Assembly: GCF_013315695.1 (NCBI RefSeq) | Contig: NZ_CP054353.1 | From: Escherichia coli | Lineage (GTDB): Bacteria; Pseudomonadota; Gammaproteobacteria; Enterobacterales; Enterobacteriaceae | Direction: 5' to 3' (one strand) | Length of the DNA: 64,000 nucleotides | Shown: positions 41,813 to 53,830 of the stretch, piece after piece | Layout: every line of letters starts with the position of its first letter | Position numbering within the stretch: position 1 is the stretch's first letter | Translations under genes and position numbers: made by a program | The notes under the pieces: generated by a model | Databases searched by the model: none | The model's input: only the letters and a program-made list of their open reading frames with translations | Told to the model about the DNA's origin: nothing

Positions 41813-44800
41813 ATGGGAAAAGGTGGCGGTAAGGCACACACGCCTCGTGAGGCGAAGGATAATCTCAAATCCACGCAGATGATGAGTGTGATTGATGCGA
41901 TTGGTGAGGGACCGATAGAAGGTCCGGTGAAGGGACTGCAGAGTATTCTGGTGAACAAAACCCCGCTGACGGACACGGACGGTAATCCCGTGATACACGG
42001 TGTGACTGCGGTCTGGCGTGCCGGGGAGCAGGAGCAGACACCACCGGAAGGCTTTGAGTCCTCCGGAGCTGAAACCGGACTGGGCGTGGAAGTGACGAAG
42101 GCAAAACCGGTGACGCGCACCATTACGTCCGCGAACATTGACCGCCTGCGGGTTACCTTCGGGGTGCAGTCACTGGTGCAGACCACGTCAAAGGGCGACC
42201 GTAATCCTTCCTCTGTCCGGATTCTGATTCAGTTACAGCGTAATGGCCGCTGGGTGACGGAAAAGGATGTCACCATTAACGGCAAGACCACCTCGCAGTT
42301 CCTGGCCTCGGTGATTCTGGATAATCTGCCTCCCCGGCCCTTTAACATCCGGATGGTCAGGGAGACGGCGGACAGCACCACGGACCAGCTGCAGAATAAG
42401 ACGCTGTGGTCGTCATACACCGAAATCATCGATGTGAAACAGTGCTACCCGAACACGGCCATTGTGGGGCTGCAGGTGGATGCGGAGCAGTTCGGCGGCC
42501 AGCAGATGACGGTGAACTACCATATCCGCGGTCGCATCATCCAGGTGCCGTCAAACTATGACCCGGAAAAACGCACGTACAGTGGTATCTGGGACGGCAG
42601 CCTGAAACCGGCATACAGCAACAACCCGGCCTGGTGTCTGTGGGACATGCTGACTCACCCGCGCTACGGCATGGGAAAACGTCTGGGGGCGGCGGATGTG
42701 GACAAGTGGGCGCTGTATGCCATCGGGCAGTACTGCGACCAGACGGTCCCGGATGGTTTCGGGGGGACCGAGCCGCGGATGACCTTTAATGCGTACCTGG
42801 CACAACAGCGTAAGGCGTGGGACGTTCTCAGTGATTTCTGCTCTGCGATGCGCTGTATGCCGGTATGGAACGGCCAGACGCTGACGTTCGTTCAGGACCG
42901 TCCGTCGGATGTGGTGTGGCCGTACACCAACAGCGATGTGGTGGTGGATGATAACGGCGTGGGTTTCCGCTACAGCTCCAGTGCCCTGAAGGACCGGCAC
43001 ACGGCAGTGGAGGTGAATTACACCGACCCGCAGAACGGCTGGCAGACCTCCACGGAACTGGTGGAAGACCCGGAAGCCATACTGCGCTACGGACGCAACC
43101 TGCTGAAGATGGACGCGTTCGGCTGTACCAGCCGCGGTCAGGCCCACCGTGCCGGGCTGTGGGTGATAAAGACCGAACTGCTGGAAACGCAGACGGTGGA
43201 TTTCACGCTTGGGTCACAGGGGCTGCGTCACACACCCGGTGACATCATTGAAATCTGTGATAACGACTATGCCGGGACCATGACCGGCGGACGTGTCCTG
43301 TCCATCGATGCCGCCAGCCGTACCCTGACGCTGGACCGGGAGGTGACACTGCCGGAGACCGGCACGGCCACTGTTAATCTGATTAACGGCAGCGGTAAGC
43401 CGGCGAGCGTGGCCATCACCGCACACCCCGCGCCTGACCGGATACAGGTCAGCACCCTGCCGGATGGTGTGGAGACATACGGTGTGTGGGGACTCTCCCT
43501 GCCGTCACTGCGTCGTCGCCTGTTCCGCTGTGTCTCCATCCGGGAAAACACGGACGGCACCTTTGCCATCACGGCGGTGCAGCACGTACCTGAAAAAGAA
43601 GCCATCGTGGATAACGGGGCCCGCTTTGAGCCGCAGTCAGGCACCCTGAACAGCGTTATCCCACCGGCAGTGCAGCACCTGACGGTGGAGGTGAGCGCAG
43701 CTGACGGCCAGTATCTGGCGCAGGCTAAATGGGACACGCCGCGGGTGGTGAAGGGCGTGCGCTTCAGTCTGCGCCTGACCAGTGGTAAGGGAACGGATGC
43801 CAGACTGGTGACCACCGCCATCACCGCAGACACGGAGCACCGTTTCAGCGGCCTGCCACTGGGGGAATACACCCTGACGGTGCGGGCCATTAACAGCTAC
43901 GGCCAGCAGGGCGAACCTGCGACCACCACCTTCCGGATTAACGCGCCTGCAAAACCCGCCACCATTGAGCTGACGCCGGGGTATTTTCAGATAACGGCGG
44001 TACCGGTGCTGGCGGTGTATGACCCGACGGTGCAGTTTGAATTCTGGTTCTCAGAAAAACGCATCACGAACACGGCACAGGTGGAAAAATCTGCCCGTTA
44101 TCTGGGGACCGGCAGTCAGTGGACTGTCCAGGGGAGCCGGATTAAGCCGGGGACGGATTTCTGGTTTTACGTGCGAAGCGTCAACCTGGTGGGAAAATCT
44201 GCTTTTGTGGAAGCCAGCGGGCAGCCCAGCAATGATGGTGAAGGGTATCTGGAAATTTTCCGGGGGCTGATAGATGAGACGCTTCTGGGGCAGGCACTGA
44301 AAGAGCGCATTGATGCTTCAGCGCTGCGTACGGAGGTCACGCAACTGGAAGAAGATATCCGTCAGCGGATGGACACGGATATCGCAGAAGTGACCCGGAA
44401 AATCGGGAAGGCGGAAAACAGCCTCACGCAGCTGGTTGCGAAAAAGAATGAGGACCAGACACTGGCCATCGCGCAGGTGAGCCAGAAAGTGGACCGGGTG
44501 AGCAGTGAAATCTCACAGACTGTCAGCCAGGGGCAGTCAGAAAACGCCCGACAGATAGCACAGGTCCGCCAGTACGTGGATAAAAAAGGGAGTGAAATTA
44601 CCTCGACCACGGATAAAAAGCTGGGTGACCAGGCCGTGACCATACAGCAAATCCAGCGGGTTCAGTCAGACACGCGCAATGAGCTGAATGCCATGTATAT
44701 GCTGAAGGTGCAGAAAACAAAAAACGGTATTCCCTATGTGGCCGGGATTGGCGCGGGGATTGAGGATGTTGATGGTCAGACCCTGAGTAACATTCTGCTG

Positions 44801-45505
44801 CAGGCCGATCGCATTGCGATGATTACCCCGGAGAACGGCAACACCACGCCGCTGTTTGTGGCGCAGGGGAATCAGCTGTTCATGAACGACGTGTTCCTGA
44901 AGCGACTGTTTGCGGTGAGCATCACGTCATCCGGCAATCCTCCGACGTTTTCCCTGACGCCGGATGGCAGGCTGACAGCCCGCAATGCGGATATCAGTGG
45001 AGCCATCACGGCGAATACCGGCACGCTCAATAATGTCACCATTAACGAGAACTGTGTCATCAGAGGGAAACTGTCTGCAAACCAGATTGAAGGCGATCTC
45101 GTTAAAACAGTGGGTAAGGCTTTCCCCCGTGACTCCCGTGCACCGAAGCGTTGGCCATCAGGAACCATTACCGTCAGGGTTTATGACGATCAGCCGTTTA
45201 ACCGGCAGATTGTTATTCCGGCGGTGGCTTTCAGCGGTGCCAGACATGAGCGGGAGAACAGCGATACTTATTCGTCATGCCGCCTGATAGTGAAGAAAAA
45301 CGGTGCTGAAATTTATAACCGTACCGCGATGGATAATACGCTGGTTTACAGTGGTGTTATTGATATGCCTGCTGGTCGCGGCCACATGACGCTGGAGTTT
45401 TCTGTATCAGCATGGTGGGTAAATGGCTGGTATCCCACAGCAAGTATCAGCGATTTGCTGGTTGTTGTGATGAAGAAAGCCACTGCAGGCATCACGATTA
45501 GCTGA
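41813..45505 (+). CDS. J: Central tail fibre / host-specificity protein J, 1230 aa
   Basis: The N-terminus ([37 protein letters not shown]) and the overall layout match lambda gpJ. It is longer than lambda J by about 100 aa. Confidence 0.93.
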   Translation: MGKGGGKAHTPREAKDNLKSTQMMSVIDAIGEGPIEGPVKGLQSILVNKTPLTDTDGNPVIHGVTAVWRAGEQEQTPPEGFESSGAETGLGVEVTKAKPVTRTITSANIDRLRVTFGVQSLVQTTSKGDRNPSSVRILIQLQRNGRWVTEKDVTINGKTTSQFLASVILDNLPPRPFNIRMVRETADSTTDQLQNKTLWSSYTEIIDVKQCYPNTAIVGLQVDAEQFGGQQMTVNYHIRGRIIQVPSNYDPEKRTYSGIWDGSLKPAYSNNPAWCLWDMLTHPRYGMGKRLGAADVDKWALYAIGQYCDQTVPDGFGGTEPRMTFNAYLAQQRKAWDVLSDFCSAMRCMPVWNGQTLTFVQDRPSDVVWPYTNSDVVVDDNGVGFRYSSSALKDRHTAVEVNYTDPQNGWQTSTELVEDPEAILRYGRNLLKMDAFGCTSRGQAHRAGLWVIKTELLETQTVDFTLGSQGLRHTPGDIIEICDNDYAGTMTGGRVLSIDAASRTLTLDREVTLPETGTATVNLINGSGKPASVAITAHPAPDRIQVSTLPDGVETYGVWGLSLPSLRRRLFRCVSIRENTDGTFAITAVQHVPEKEAIVDNGARFEPQSGTLNSVIPPAVQHLTVEVSAADGQYLAQAKWDTPRVVKGVRFSLRLTSGKGTDARLVTTAITADTEHRFSGLPLGEYTLTVRAINSYGQQGEPATTTFRINAPAKPATIELTPGYFQITAVPVLAVYDPTVQFEFWFSEKRITNTAQVEKSARYLGTGSQWTVQGSRIKPGTDFWFYVRSVNLVGKSAFVEASGQPSNDGEGYLEIFRGLIDETLLGQALKERIDASALRTEVTQLEEDIRQRMDTDIAEVTRKIGKAENSLTQLVAKKNEDQTLAIAQVSQKVDRVSSEISQTVSQGQSENARQIAQVRQYVDKKGSEITSTTDKKLGDQAVTIQQIQRVQSDTRNELNAMYMLKVQKTKNGIPYVAGIGAGIEDVDGQTLSNILLQADRIAMITPENGNTTPLFVAQGNQLFMNDVFLKRLFAVSITSSGNPPTFSLTPDGRLTARNADISGAITANTGTLNNVTINENCVIRGKLSANQIEGDLVKTVGKAFPRDSRAPKRWPSGTITVRVYDDQPFNRQIVIPAVAFSGARHERENSDTYSSCRLIVKKNGAEIYNRTAMDNTLVYSGVIDMPAGRGHMTLEFSVSAWWVNGWYPTASISDLLVVVMKKATAGITIS

Positions 45506-45572
45506 ATTTTATAACCCCAATACGGGCGCCAGAAATGGCGCCTTTTTTATTGCAGAAAAGCGAGAGGTAATT

Positions 45573-46172
45573 ATGCGTAAATTATGTGCAGCCATTTTGT
45601 CCGCAGCCATCTGTCTGTCCGTATCCGGTGCGCCTGCATGGGCGTCTGAACATCAGTCCACACTGAGCGCGGGGTATCTTCATGCCCGTACGAACGCTCC
45701 CGGCAGCGATAATCTGAACGGGATTAACGTGAAATACCGTTATGAGTTTACGGACACGCTGGGGCTGATTACGTCCTTCAGTTATGCCAATGCTGAGGAT
45801 GAGCAAAAAACGCACTACAACGATACCCGCTGGCATGAAGATTCCGTGCGTAACCGCTGGTTCAGCGTGATGGCGGGGCCGTCTGTACGCGTGAATGAAT
45901 GGTTCAGCGCGTATGCGATGGTGGGTGTGGCTTACAGCCGTGTGTCGACTTTCTCCGGGGATTATCTCCGCGTAACTGACAACAAGGGGAAAACGCACGA
46001 TGTGCTGACCGGAAGTGATGACGGTCGCCACAGCAACACGTCTCTGGCGTGGGGGGCTGGCGTGCAGTTTAACCCGACCGAATCCGTGGCCATTGATATT
46101 GCTTATGAAGGCTCCGGTAGTGGTGACTGGCGCACTGACGGTTTCATCGTGGGTGTCGGTTATAAGTTCTGA
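45573..46172 (+). CDS. lom: Lom/Ail-family outer-membrane beta-barrel protein, 199 aa
   Basis: It has a signal peptide, a C-terminal ..GVGYKF, and the position after J, as in lambda lom. Confidence 0.88.
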   Translation: MRKLCAAILSAAICLSVSGAPAWASEHQSTLSAGYLHARTNAPGSDNLNGINVKYRYEFTDTLGLITSFSYANAEDEQKTHYNDTRWHEDSVRNRWFSVMAGPSVRVNEWFSAYAMVGVAYSRVSTFSGDYLRVTDNKGKTHDVLTGSDDGRHSNTSLAWGAGVQFNPTESVAIDIAYEGSGSGDWRTDGFIVGVGYKF

Positions 46173-46236
46173 TTAGCCAGGTAACACAGTGTTATGACAG
46201 CCCGCCGGTTCAGGCGGGCTTTTTTGTGGAGTGGAT

Positions 46237-48303
46237 ATGGCAGCAGTAAAAATCTCAGGTGTGCTGAAAGATGGTGCGGGAAAACCAATACAGAACTGCA
46301 CTATTCAACTGAAGGCAAAGCGTAACAGCACCACGGTACTGGTGAACACGGTGGCCTCTGAAAATCCGGATGAAGCCGGGCGTTACAGCATGGATGTTGA
46401 GTATGGCCAGTACAGCGTCACCCTGCTGGTTGAAGGTTTTCCACCTTCACATGCCGGGACCATTACCGTCTATGAAGGTTCCAGACCAGGTACGCTGAAT
46501 GATTTTCTCGGTGCCATGACGGAGGATGATGTTCGTCCGGAGGCACTGCGCCGTTTTGAGCTGATGGTGAATGAAGTGGCACGTCATGCCGGAGCGTCAT
46601 CACAGAGTGCAGCGGCGGCAAAGAAATCCGAAACGGCAGCAGCCTCATCGAAGAATGCGGCGAAAACCTCAGAAACGAATGCAGCTAACAGCGCACAGGC
46701 GGCAGCGGCCTCGCAGACTGCATCGGCAAACTCCGCGACAGCAGCCAAAAAATCAGAAACCAGCGCGAAAAATAGCGAGACAGCCACAAAGGCCAGCGAA
46801 AAAAACGCAAAATCCAGCCAGACGGCAGCGAAAACCAGTGAGACGAATGCCAAAGACAGTGAAGCCAACGCAAAGGTGAGCGAAACAGCGGCGGCGAACT
46901 CGGCGAAAGCATCGGCAGCAAGCCAGACGGCAGCAAAAGCAAGTGAAGATGCTGCCAGAGAATACGCAAACCAGACAGCAGAGCCGTACAGATATGTTTT
47001 ACAGCCGCTGCCGGATGTGTGGATACCCTTTAATGATTCGCTGGATATGATTACGGGCTATTCTCCGGGTTATAAAAAAGTGAAGATTGGTGATAATGTG
47101 GTTCAGGTTGCCAGTGATAAACAGGTTAATTTCAGTCGCGCATCAACGGCAACATATATCAACAAATCTGGCGAACTGAAAACGGCGGAAATTAATGAGC
47201 CACGATTTGAGTGTGATGGCCTGCTTATTGAGGGGCAAAGAACGAACTTCTTCCCGAACAGTACAGACCCTTCGAAGTGGAATAAGTCAACTTCACTGGA
47301 CGTTACAGAAACAGGCACAGATAGTTTCGGGTTTAATTATGGCCGGTTTGTCGTACAGGATTCGATTGTTGGTACAAGTAAAGCGCATACCATTATCGGA
47401 CTGTATTCGAGTACCGGAGGGGTTGATACTTCAGGGGACGAAAAGCATGTAACTATATCCTGTCGGGTAAAAAGTGAAGTTGATAATATCGCCGTTCGTA
47501 TTTTATTTGAACATTATGATGGGGAGGTAAGGACATCAATAGGAGCAGCAAACCTGAACCTTACCACCCGCATAATTAGCAAGACAGGTCAGACAAGCCG
47601 TGTTACAGCAAGGTCTGTTAAGGATGATGCAACTGGCTGGATATTTTTTGAGGCTACATTAAAAGCAGATACAACAGAAAATACGGTTGGTGGTTTTGTC
47701 CAGTATTCTCCGGATACAGGGCAGATGGTTGCATCAGGGGATTATCTCGATGTAACCACTCCACAGATTGAGGCTGGTACAGGCGCATCATCTTTTATTG
47801 TTACGGGGACGGCACCGGTAACGCGGGCAAGCGATATGGTTACAGTTCCGATTAAGAATAATCTTTATAATCTTCCTTTTACGGTTCTTTGTGAGGTACA
47901 TAAGAACTGGTATAAAACGCCAAATGCAGCACCGCGTGTTTTTGACACATACCGGCATCAGGCAGATGCGGGGATCGTAATGGGGTTTGGTTCATCAGGT
48001 GGGTACGACGGTTTTCCGTATTGCGATATAGGTGGTTCAGACCGACGAATAAATGAAAATGCCGGGCTGGAAAAAATGCTTATTGGTATGCGGGTAAAGT
48101 CCGAACGGTCCACATGTGTAGTCAGTAACGGTAAGTTAAGCAGCGAAACTAAAACCAAATGGGAATATATCCGGAGTACAGCAACCATTCGCATTGGTGG
48201 ACAAACTACAGCAGGATTACGCCATTTATTTGGGCATGTGAGGAATTTTCGTCTCTGGCATAAAGAGCTAACAGATGCGCAGCTTGGGGAGGTTGTGGAG
48301 TGA
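46237..48303 (+). CDS. stf: Side tail fibre (Stf-like N-terminus and Ala/Ser-rich repeat shaft; divergent C-terminal receptor-binding half), 688 aa
   Basis: MAAVKISGVLKDGAGKPIQNCTIQLKAKRNSTTVLVNTVASENPDEAGRYSMDVEYGQYSV aligns with lambda Stf/orf-401. The KxSET(N/A)A repeats span about 46600-46960. Confidence 0.85.
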   Translation: MAAVKISGVLKDGAGKPIQNCTIQLKAKRNSTTVLVNTVASENPDEAGRYSMDVEYGQYSVTLLVEGFPPSHAGTITVYEGSRPGTLNDFLGAMTEDDVRPEALRRFELMVNEVARHAGASSQSAAAAKKSETAAASSKNAAKTSETNAANSAQAAAASQTASANSATAAKKSETSAKNSETATKASEKNAKSSQTAAKTSETNAKDSEANAKVSETAAANSAKASAASQTAAKASEDAAREYANQTAEPYRYVLQPLPDVWIPFNDSLDMITGYSPGYKKVKIGDNVVQVASDKQVNFSRASTATYINKSGELKTAEINEPRFECDGLLIEGQRTNFFPNSTDPSKWNKSTSLDVTETGTDSFGFNYGRFVVQDSIVGTSKAHTIIGLYSSTGGVDTSGDEKHVTISCRVKSEVDNIAVRILFEHYDGEVRTSIGAANLNLTTRIISKTGQTSRVTARSVKDDATGWIFFEATLKADTTENTVGGFVQYSPDTGQMVASGDYLDVTTPQIEAGTGASSFIVTGTAPVTRASDMVTVPIKNNLYNLPFTVLCEVHKNWYKTPNAAPRVFDTYRHQADAGIVMGFGSSGGYDGFPYCDIGGSDRRINENAGLEKMLIGMRVKSERSTCVVSNGKLSSETKTKWEYIRSTATIRIGGQTTAGLRHLFGHVRNFRLWHKELTDAQLGEVVE

Positions 48304-48578
48304 GAGATTTCACGTTGCGTTTCAGTGATAAAGCAGATTTCAGGGCATTTCTCAGGAAACTTAACTGGGAAGAGGACGAAGAGCTGCAGAATGCCGTTCT
48401 GGTTGATGAGATTGGTTTTACGTTCAGGGAGACAGATGTTTCTGATGACGGAGAACCAGAATACACGCGAAACGAAGGGTACTTTGTTAATATCCGTCTT
48501 CTTGACGATGGATTTGATGATTCCGTGTTCCGTGAGTGGGTGGTTACACCAGAGCGCCCGCTCAGGGAGTGGTTTTAA
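48300..48578 (+). CDS. Hypothetical acidic protein, 92 aa, in the tail-fibre-assembly (tfa) position but not Tfa-like
   Basis: ORF track entry. The start overlaps the stf stop (GTGA). Confidence 0.5.
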   Translation: MRDFTLRFSDKADFRAFLRKLNWEEDEELQNAVLVDEIGFTFRETDVSDDGEPEYTRNEGYFVNIRLLDDGFDDSVFREWVVTPERPLREWF

Positions 48579-48587
48579 GGATAGCAG

Positions 48588-48875
48588 ATGGATATCACGT
48601 CGATACTTCATGCGCTTTGTGCCGTAGCGGTGCAGGTACTGGCTGGTCTTTTTACCGGAAACTGGGCTTACGGTGCGATAGCCGGTTGTACGTTCTTCAT
48701 TGCGCGTGAACACACCCAGGCAGAATATCGCTGGATTGAAATGTTTGGGCATGGCAAGAGGATTAACATGCCGTGGTGGGGCGGTTTTGATCCGCGCGTG
48801 TGGGATGTGGCAAGCCTGATGGATTTTGCTGTGCCGGTGGTGGCGTGTCTGCTGATCTGGATGTTGATCCGTTAA
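48588..48875 (+). CDS. Hypothetical membrane protein (about 3 hydrophobic spans), 95 aa
   Basis: ORF track entry. It is the last gene before attR. Confidence 0.5.
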   Translation: MDITSILHALCAVAVQVLAGLFTGNWAYGAIAGCTFFIAREHTQAEYRWIEMFGHGKRINMPWWGGFDPRVWDVASLMDFAVPVVACLLIWMLIR

Positions 48876-48890
48876 ATATAAAAAGTAAAA

Positions 48891-48926
48891 AGCCGCAGTA
48901 ACTTGTCATGACAGGATACTGCGGCT
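48891..48926. terminator. 10-bp hairpin after the last late gene; the U tract is better on the reverse strand
   Basis: AGCCGCAGTA-16 nt-TACTGCGGCT. The plus strand continues GGCTGG, while the reverse strand continues TTTTACTTTT. Confidence 0.55.
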
Positions 48927-49112
48927 GGCTGGTTAACTTTCGATAGTGCGAGTATTGAATGATTTCCAGCTGTTACTGATTTTATATAACTGCAGTGGAA
49001 TTATTCAACACACAGGCAAAACGGAATAAGCTGAGAAAAAAAGCGTGCTTTCCCAATCTGGGGTAAATCACATCTGAATGACACCTGAAAACAGGTGGTG
49101 GCCTCAAGAAGG

Positions 49113-49185
49113 CTTGGAATATTCTTCTTTAATGTTATGTAATTTATTGATTTTTCGTGTACGATTTTAAGACATTTATTCCAAG
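49113..49185. promoter_or_regulatory. Right-arm copies of the CTTGGAAT Int arm-type motif
   Basis: CTTGGAAT occurs at 49113-49120 and inverted (ATTCCAAG) at 49178-49185. TTGATTTTTCG direct repeats lie at 49147-49157 and 49201-49211. Confidence 0.45.
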
Positions 49186-49224
49186 AAAAATTTTTAACTC
49201 TTTGATTTTTCGACTCTGTATCAT

Positions 49225-49286
49225 CGGTCTCGAAAACCGGAGTAGGGGCAACTCTACCGGGGGTTCAAATCCCCCTCTCTCCGCCA
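49225..49286 (+). repeat. attR core: displaced 3' fragment of serU (62 nt)
   Basis: It matches 1775-1836 except for G>A and C>T in the variable-arm stem. Confidence 0.9.
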
Positions 49287-49830
49287 CTTTATCAATGACT
49301 TATCTCCCGACTTCCCGCCTTGCTTTTCCTAAACAGAACAATCGTAGAATATTCTTGAAGGGTTAGATCGTCACTGTTTTCTGTTCGATACTGTGACATT
49401 CAGCACTTGATTCGCTATGGAGCTGACAGGAAGGTTTCGAGCGAAAATCTACAGTTATTCAGTCGTTTTCTTATCGATCACCATTATTCTTTTAGACATT
49501 GATCCTATGAAACTGCCGCAAAGTTGCTGGCGGGAACTGAAGTTGCGTAGAGAAGGGGTCAATAATTGAGCCAAAAAAGGAACGCGGCCGTCAGATTAAA
49601 GCCGCGGGACAAAGTCCATAATTTCCAAGAGTTGTTGAATTTCCCAGCTTTTTTGAAAGCCTTTGTATTATACTAACAAGTAAAAAAGGTTTAAACACCA
49701 AAATTAACCTATATTTCTGGTTAGCTTTACCATGACAGATGACTTGCTCCTGGAAACATTTGCGCTGCCAGTCTGTATGGCTGAGTTGTGTATTTATTGT
49801 TCGCCTTTTTCGCAGTTTTTTTCTACAGAC

Positions 49831-49867
49831 ATAATAAAAAAGACACGACTCAAGTATGAGCGTGTCT
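49831..49867 (-). terminator. Rho-independent terminator downstream of zinT
   Basis: The reverse strand reads AGACACG-13 nt-CGTGTCT followed by TTTTTTATTAT. Confidence 0.75.
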
Positions 49868-49955
49868 GAGTTTGTCTTACTTATTTGTCTTGGTAAATTA
49901 TTGTTGTTACTACCAGGCACTGTTCTGTTAAATAACTGAAGTCAGCGCAAAAAAA

Positions 49956-50606
49956 TCAATGAGACATCATCTCCTCGACCACTTCTTCGCTACTCAACTG
50001 ATAGGGATAATACGTTGGCCAGTTTTCCATTTCATTCAATAAAGATTGCTGGGAATCATTACCCATAAAAATGTGAAAATGAGATGATTTTCGTGGTGCA
50101 ATTATATGATCGCTAAATTGTATATATTTAGGGGCTTTGCTTTCAGGATCTTTACATTCGAATAAGTAACGAACGCCTTTCTTGCCTGATTTATAGGTGA
50201 GTATTTTGTATCCATCGTAATCATATTTACAGGATGTTGTTTCATTATTTCTATGGAATTCGACAATGCCGTCCTCAATGCCAATCATTTCGATATCTGT
50301 CGCATAACCTTTGCGATAATAATCTTTAATTTCAGCAAATGGTTTGGTTTTATCTGCATCCGCTTTCTTCTGAAAGACGGGATCAAGTTTGCCACTTTGC
50401 AGTAAAGGGTAAACGGATTGCCAGACTCCATCCCAGTCACTGAGCGTTCGGTTTTGTACATTGGTATCATCAAAAACACCATTAGCAGCTTTTTGTTCGA
50501 CCTCTGTTAAGGGTTTGCCGTGTGAGTGATGACCATGCGAAAAGGCAGGAGCGCTAACAATAAAGACACCTAAAGCAACAGCCAGTTTATGAAGACGAAT
50601 CGCCAA
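49956..50606 (-). CDS. zinT: Periplasmic zinc/cadmium-binding protein ZinT (YodA), 216 aa
   Basis: The signal peptide is followed by HGHHSHG; the full-length match is to remembered ZinT. Confidence 0.95.
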   Translation of the reverse strand: MAIRLHKLAVALGVFIVSAPAFSHGHHSHGKPLTEVEQKAANGVFDDTNVQNRTLSDWDGVWQSVYPLLQSGKLDPVFQKKADADKTKPFAEIKDYYRKGYATDIEMIGIEDGIVEFHRNNETTSCKYDYDGYKILTYKSGKKGVRYLFECKDPESKAPKYIQFSDHIIAPRKSSHFHIFMGNDSQQSLLNEMENWPTYYPYQLSSEEVVEEMMSH

Positions 50607-50642
50607 AACAATTTCCTCCAGAGTTAATGTACATGATGTGTA

Positions 50643-50659
50643 ATGTTATATTGTAACAT
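50643..50659. promoter_or_regulatory. Zur box in the zinT promoter
   Basis: The palindrome ATGTTATATTGTAACAT fits the Zur consensus core (TGTTATA.TATAACA). Confidence 0.7.
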
Positions 50660-50800
50660 ATGAAAAAATGCAACAACTCATTAGGAAATGAGAGCATGGT
50701 ATTCTCAGGTGTATTTAACTATCTTATTGAAATAAAATAAATTATTCTGGTGATGAAAGGTTGATGACAAACGAAACATAACTTGATGCGATCTGTGTGG

Positions 50801-50830
50801 GCCGGATAGGGCGCTCGCGCCGCATCCGGC
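50801..50830. repeat. REP (repetitive extragenic palindromic) element
   Basis: GCCGGATAGGGCGCTCGCGCCGCATCCGGC is a typical E. coli REP sequence. Confidence 0.85.
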
Positions 50831-50863
50831 CGGGATAACGCGAAGTTTGTCGGCAATATGAAG

Positions 50864-51499
50864 TTATAGAGATAATTTGTTGTGGGCCTGCTTGCGTAAC
50901 CGGTTGAAAAGGGAAAGCAACTTCTTATACCGTAAGGCTAAAAGCAGTACAGCCAGCCCAGCGTAGATGAGTGGCTGCGGTGAAATAATCTTCACTGACC
51001 ACAGATAATGTATTGGGGCCAGGATCGCGACAAGATAGACGAAGTTATGCAACTGTTGCCAGTGTTTGCCGAGTTTTCGCTGCATCGACTGGGTTGAAGT
51101 GAACGCTAAAGCAAGCAAAATAACCCAGCTGATAATTCCTAACGTTAAATAAGGCCGGGTAATTAACTCCTTACCTAATAACGCCAGATTATTCACGCCC
51201 AACTCCAGCAATGCGTAACTGGTTAAATGCAGTGTCGCCCAGGCAAAGCACCATAAGCCTAACAGGCGGCGAGTGCGTATCAATAACGGCTGTTTTGCGT
51301 AGCGTGCCAGAGGTGTGATTAACAAGGCCGCAAGCAAAAATTTCAGTGCAGTGCGACCGGTAAAATGCTGAATATCTTTCACCGGATCGGCACCTAGTCC
51401 ACCGTGATTGATCGCCCAGACCAGCCAGAGAAACGGCAACAATCCGGCAAGATGCAGGCAAACTTTCAGCCATATCACCTGCTTTGCTGTCAGACGCAT
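50864..51499 (-). CDS. msrQ: Methionine sulfoxide reductase heme-binding subunit MsrQ (YedZ), 211 aa
   Basis: A polytopic membrane protein adjacent to msrP, matching the remembered sequence and synteny. Confidence 0.93.
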   Translation of the reverse strand: MRLTAKQVIWLKVCLHLAGLLPFLWLVWAINHGGLGADPVKDIQHFTGRTALKFLLAALLITPLARYAKQPLLIRTRRLLGLWCFAWATLHLTSYALLELGVNNLALLGKELITRPYLTLGIISWVILLALAFTSTQSMQRKLGKHWQQLHNFVYLVAILAPIHYLWSVKIISPQPLIYAGLAVLLLALRYKKLLSLFNRLRKQAHNKLSL

Positions 51500-52510
<1,011 letters not shown>

Positions 52511-52612
52511 TCACACTTTTTTGTCGTTAGCCAACAAGAGCCGTTTACTGTTAATCTGTCAGGGAGTCACCTCCCTAACAGTAGCAGAGATCAGCTTTTA
52601 CATATTTACGCA

Positions 52613-53026
52613 TTAACTGCCACGATAGGTTGAATACCCATATTGGCTGAGTAATAAAGGCACATGATAATGCTCGTTCACTTTATTAATATGAAATTCA
52701 ACGGGGATCTCAGGGAAGAAACTTTCAAGATTTTGTTTCTTGAAATAGTCTCCGGTTTTAAATACGACACGGTAATCGCCAGTAGTCGCAGTTTGCTCGG
52801 GCCACAGTGCCTTAATTCGTCCATCCTTATCTGTTTTGGCGGTATTAAGTTGTAACCAGCCGTTATCCGCTTTCTTTTCAAGAGTGACTGTCACGTCGGC
52901 AGCGGGTTTTCCTGTTTGCTGGTTCAAAATGTGCACGCTAAGAATGTTTTGTTGTGCGGCATAAACCAAAGAAGGTAATGAAAATGCTGCCGTTGCTACC
53001 GAGAGTACTAAATAACGCTTTAACAT
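52613..53026 (-). CDS. hiuH: 5-hydroxyisourate hydrolase (transthyretin-like) HiuH (YedX), 137 aa
   Basis: It has a signal peptide, the C-terminal YSTYRGS motif and conserved synteny. Confidence 0.93.
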   Translation of the reverse strand: MLKRYLVLSVATAAFSLPSLVYAAQQNILSVHILNQQTGKPAADVTVTLEKKADNGWLQLNTAKTDKDGRIKALWPEQTATTGDYRVVFKTGDYFKKQNLESFFPEIPVEFHINKVNEHYHVPLLLSQYGYSTYRGS

Positions 53027-53158
53027 GTTTATATCCTTGTCATGTGAATGAGTTTTGAGGATAGCGAAAAAACGTCCAGGGTAACCTTACAGCAGCATTA
53101 CAATTTTGTAATGAACCAGGTTGTTTCTATAACATATGATTTATGGCATATTATTTTC

Positions 53159-53830
53159 ATGAAGATTCTACTTATTGAAGATAATCAAAGGACCCAGGAA
53201 TGGGTAACGCAGGGGCTTTCCGAAGCGGGTTATGTCATTGATGCCGTTTCTGATGGCAGAGATGGGCTTTATCTTGCGCTGAAGGATGATTATGCATTGA
53301 TCATTCTGGATATTATGCTTCCGGGTATGGATGGCTGGCAGATCTTACAAACGTTAAGAACGGCAAAGCAAACTCCTGTTATTTGCCTTACAGCAAGGGA
53401 TTCTGTCGATGACAGAGTCAGAGGGCTGGACAGTGGAGCAAATGATTATCTGGTAAAACCTTTTTCATTTTCTGAGTTGCTGGCAAGGGTTCGGGCACAA
53501 TTAAGGCAACATCACGCTTTGAATTCAACATTAGAAATCAGTGGCTTAAAAATGGACTCTGTCAGTCAAAGTGTGAGCAGGGACAATATCAGTATTACAC
53601 TGACGCGCAAGGAGTTTCAGTTACTTTGGCTACTGGCCTCCAGAGCTGGCGAGATTATACCCAGAACGGTTATTGCGAGTGAAATTTGGGGAATCAACTT
53701 TGATAGTGAGACCAATACGGTGGATGTCGCCATTCGCAGGCTCCGCGCAAAAGTTGATGATCCTTTTCCTGAAAAGCTAATCGCCACAATCCGGGGGATG
53801 GGCTATTCATTCGTAGCGGTAAAAAAATAA
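53159..53830 (+). CDS. hprR: Two-component response regulator HprR (YedW), OmpR family, 223 aa
   Basis: MKILLIEDNQRT...DIMLPGMDGW... is the receiver domain, followed by a winged-helix output domain. The start is taken at the internal ATG of ORF 53048..53830. Confidence 0.93.
   Translation: MKILLIEDNQRTQEWVTQGLSEAGYVIDAVSDGRDGLYLALKDDYALIILDIMLPGMDGWQILQTLRTAKQTPVICLTARDSVDDRVRGLDSGANDYLVKPFSFSELLARVRAQLRQHHALNSTLEISGLKMDSVSQSVSRDNISITLTRKEFQLLWLLASRAGEIIPRTVIASEIWGINFDSETNTVDVAIRRLRAKVDDPFPEKLIATIRGMGYSFVAVKK

Noticed and set aside
46571-46969. Repetitive DNA in the tail-fibre gene, with alternative-frame ORFs on both strands; I considered whether it could be a repeat array or CRISPR-like structure.
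   Set aside because: The periodicity is the imperfect KxSETNA/AAxSA protein repeat of Stf-type fibre shafts. There are no unique spacers and no conserved direct repeats, so it is not a CRISPR array.
49591-49920. 109-aa reverse ORF between attR and zinT.
   Set aside because: It is AT-rich with a low-complexity, Lys/Arg-rich translation and no RBS. It also overlaps the zinT terminator hairpin, so it is probably non-coding.
53048-53158. N-terminal extension of the hprR ORF in the track (260 aa).
   Set aside because: The response-regulator receiver domain begins at MKILLIEDN (ATG 53159), and the upstream extension runs through the divergent hiuH/hprR promoter region.
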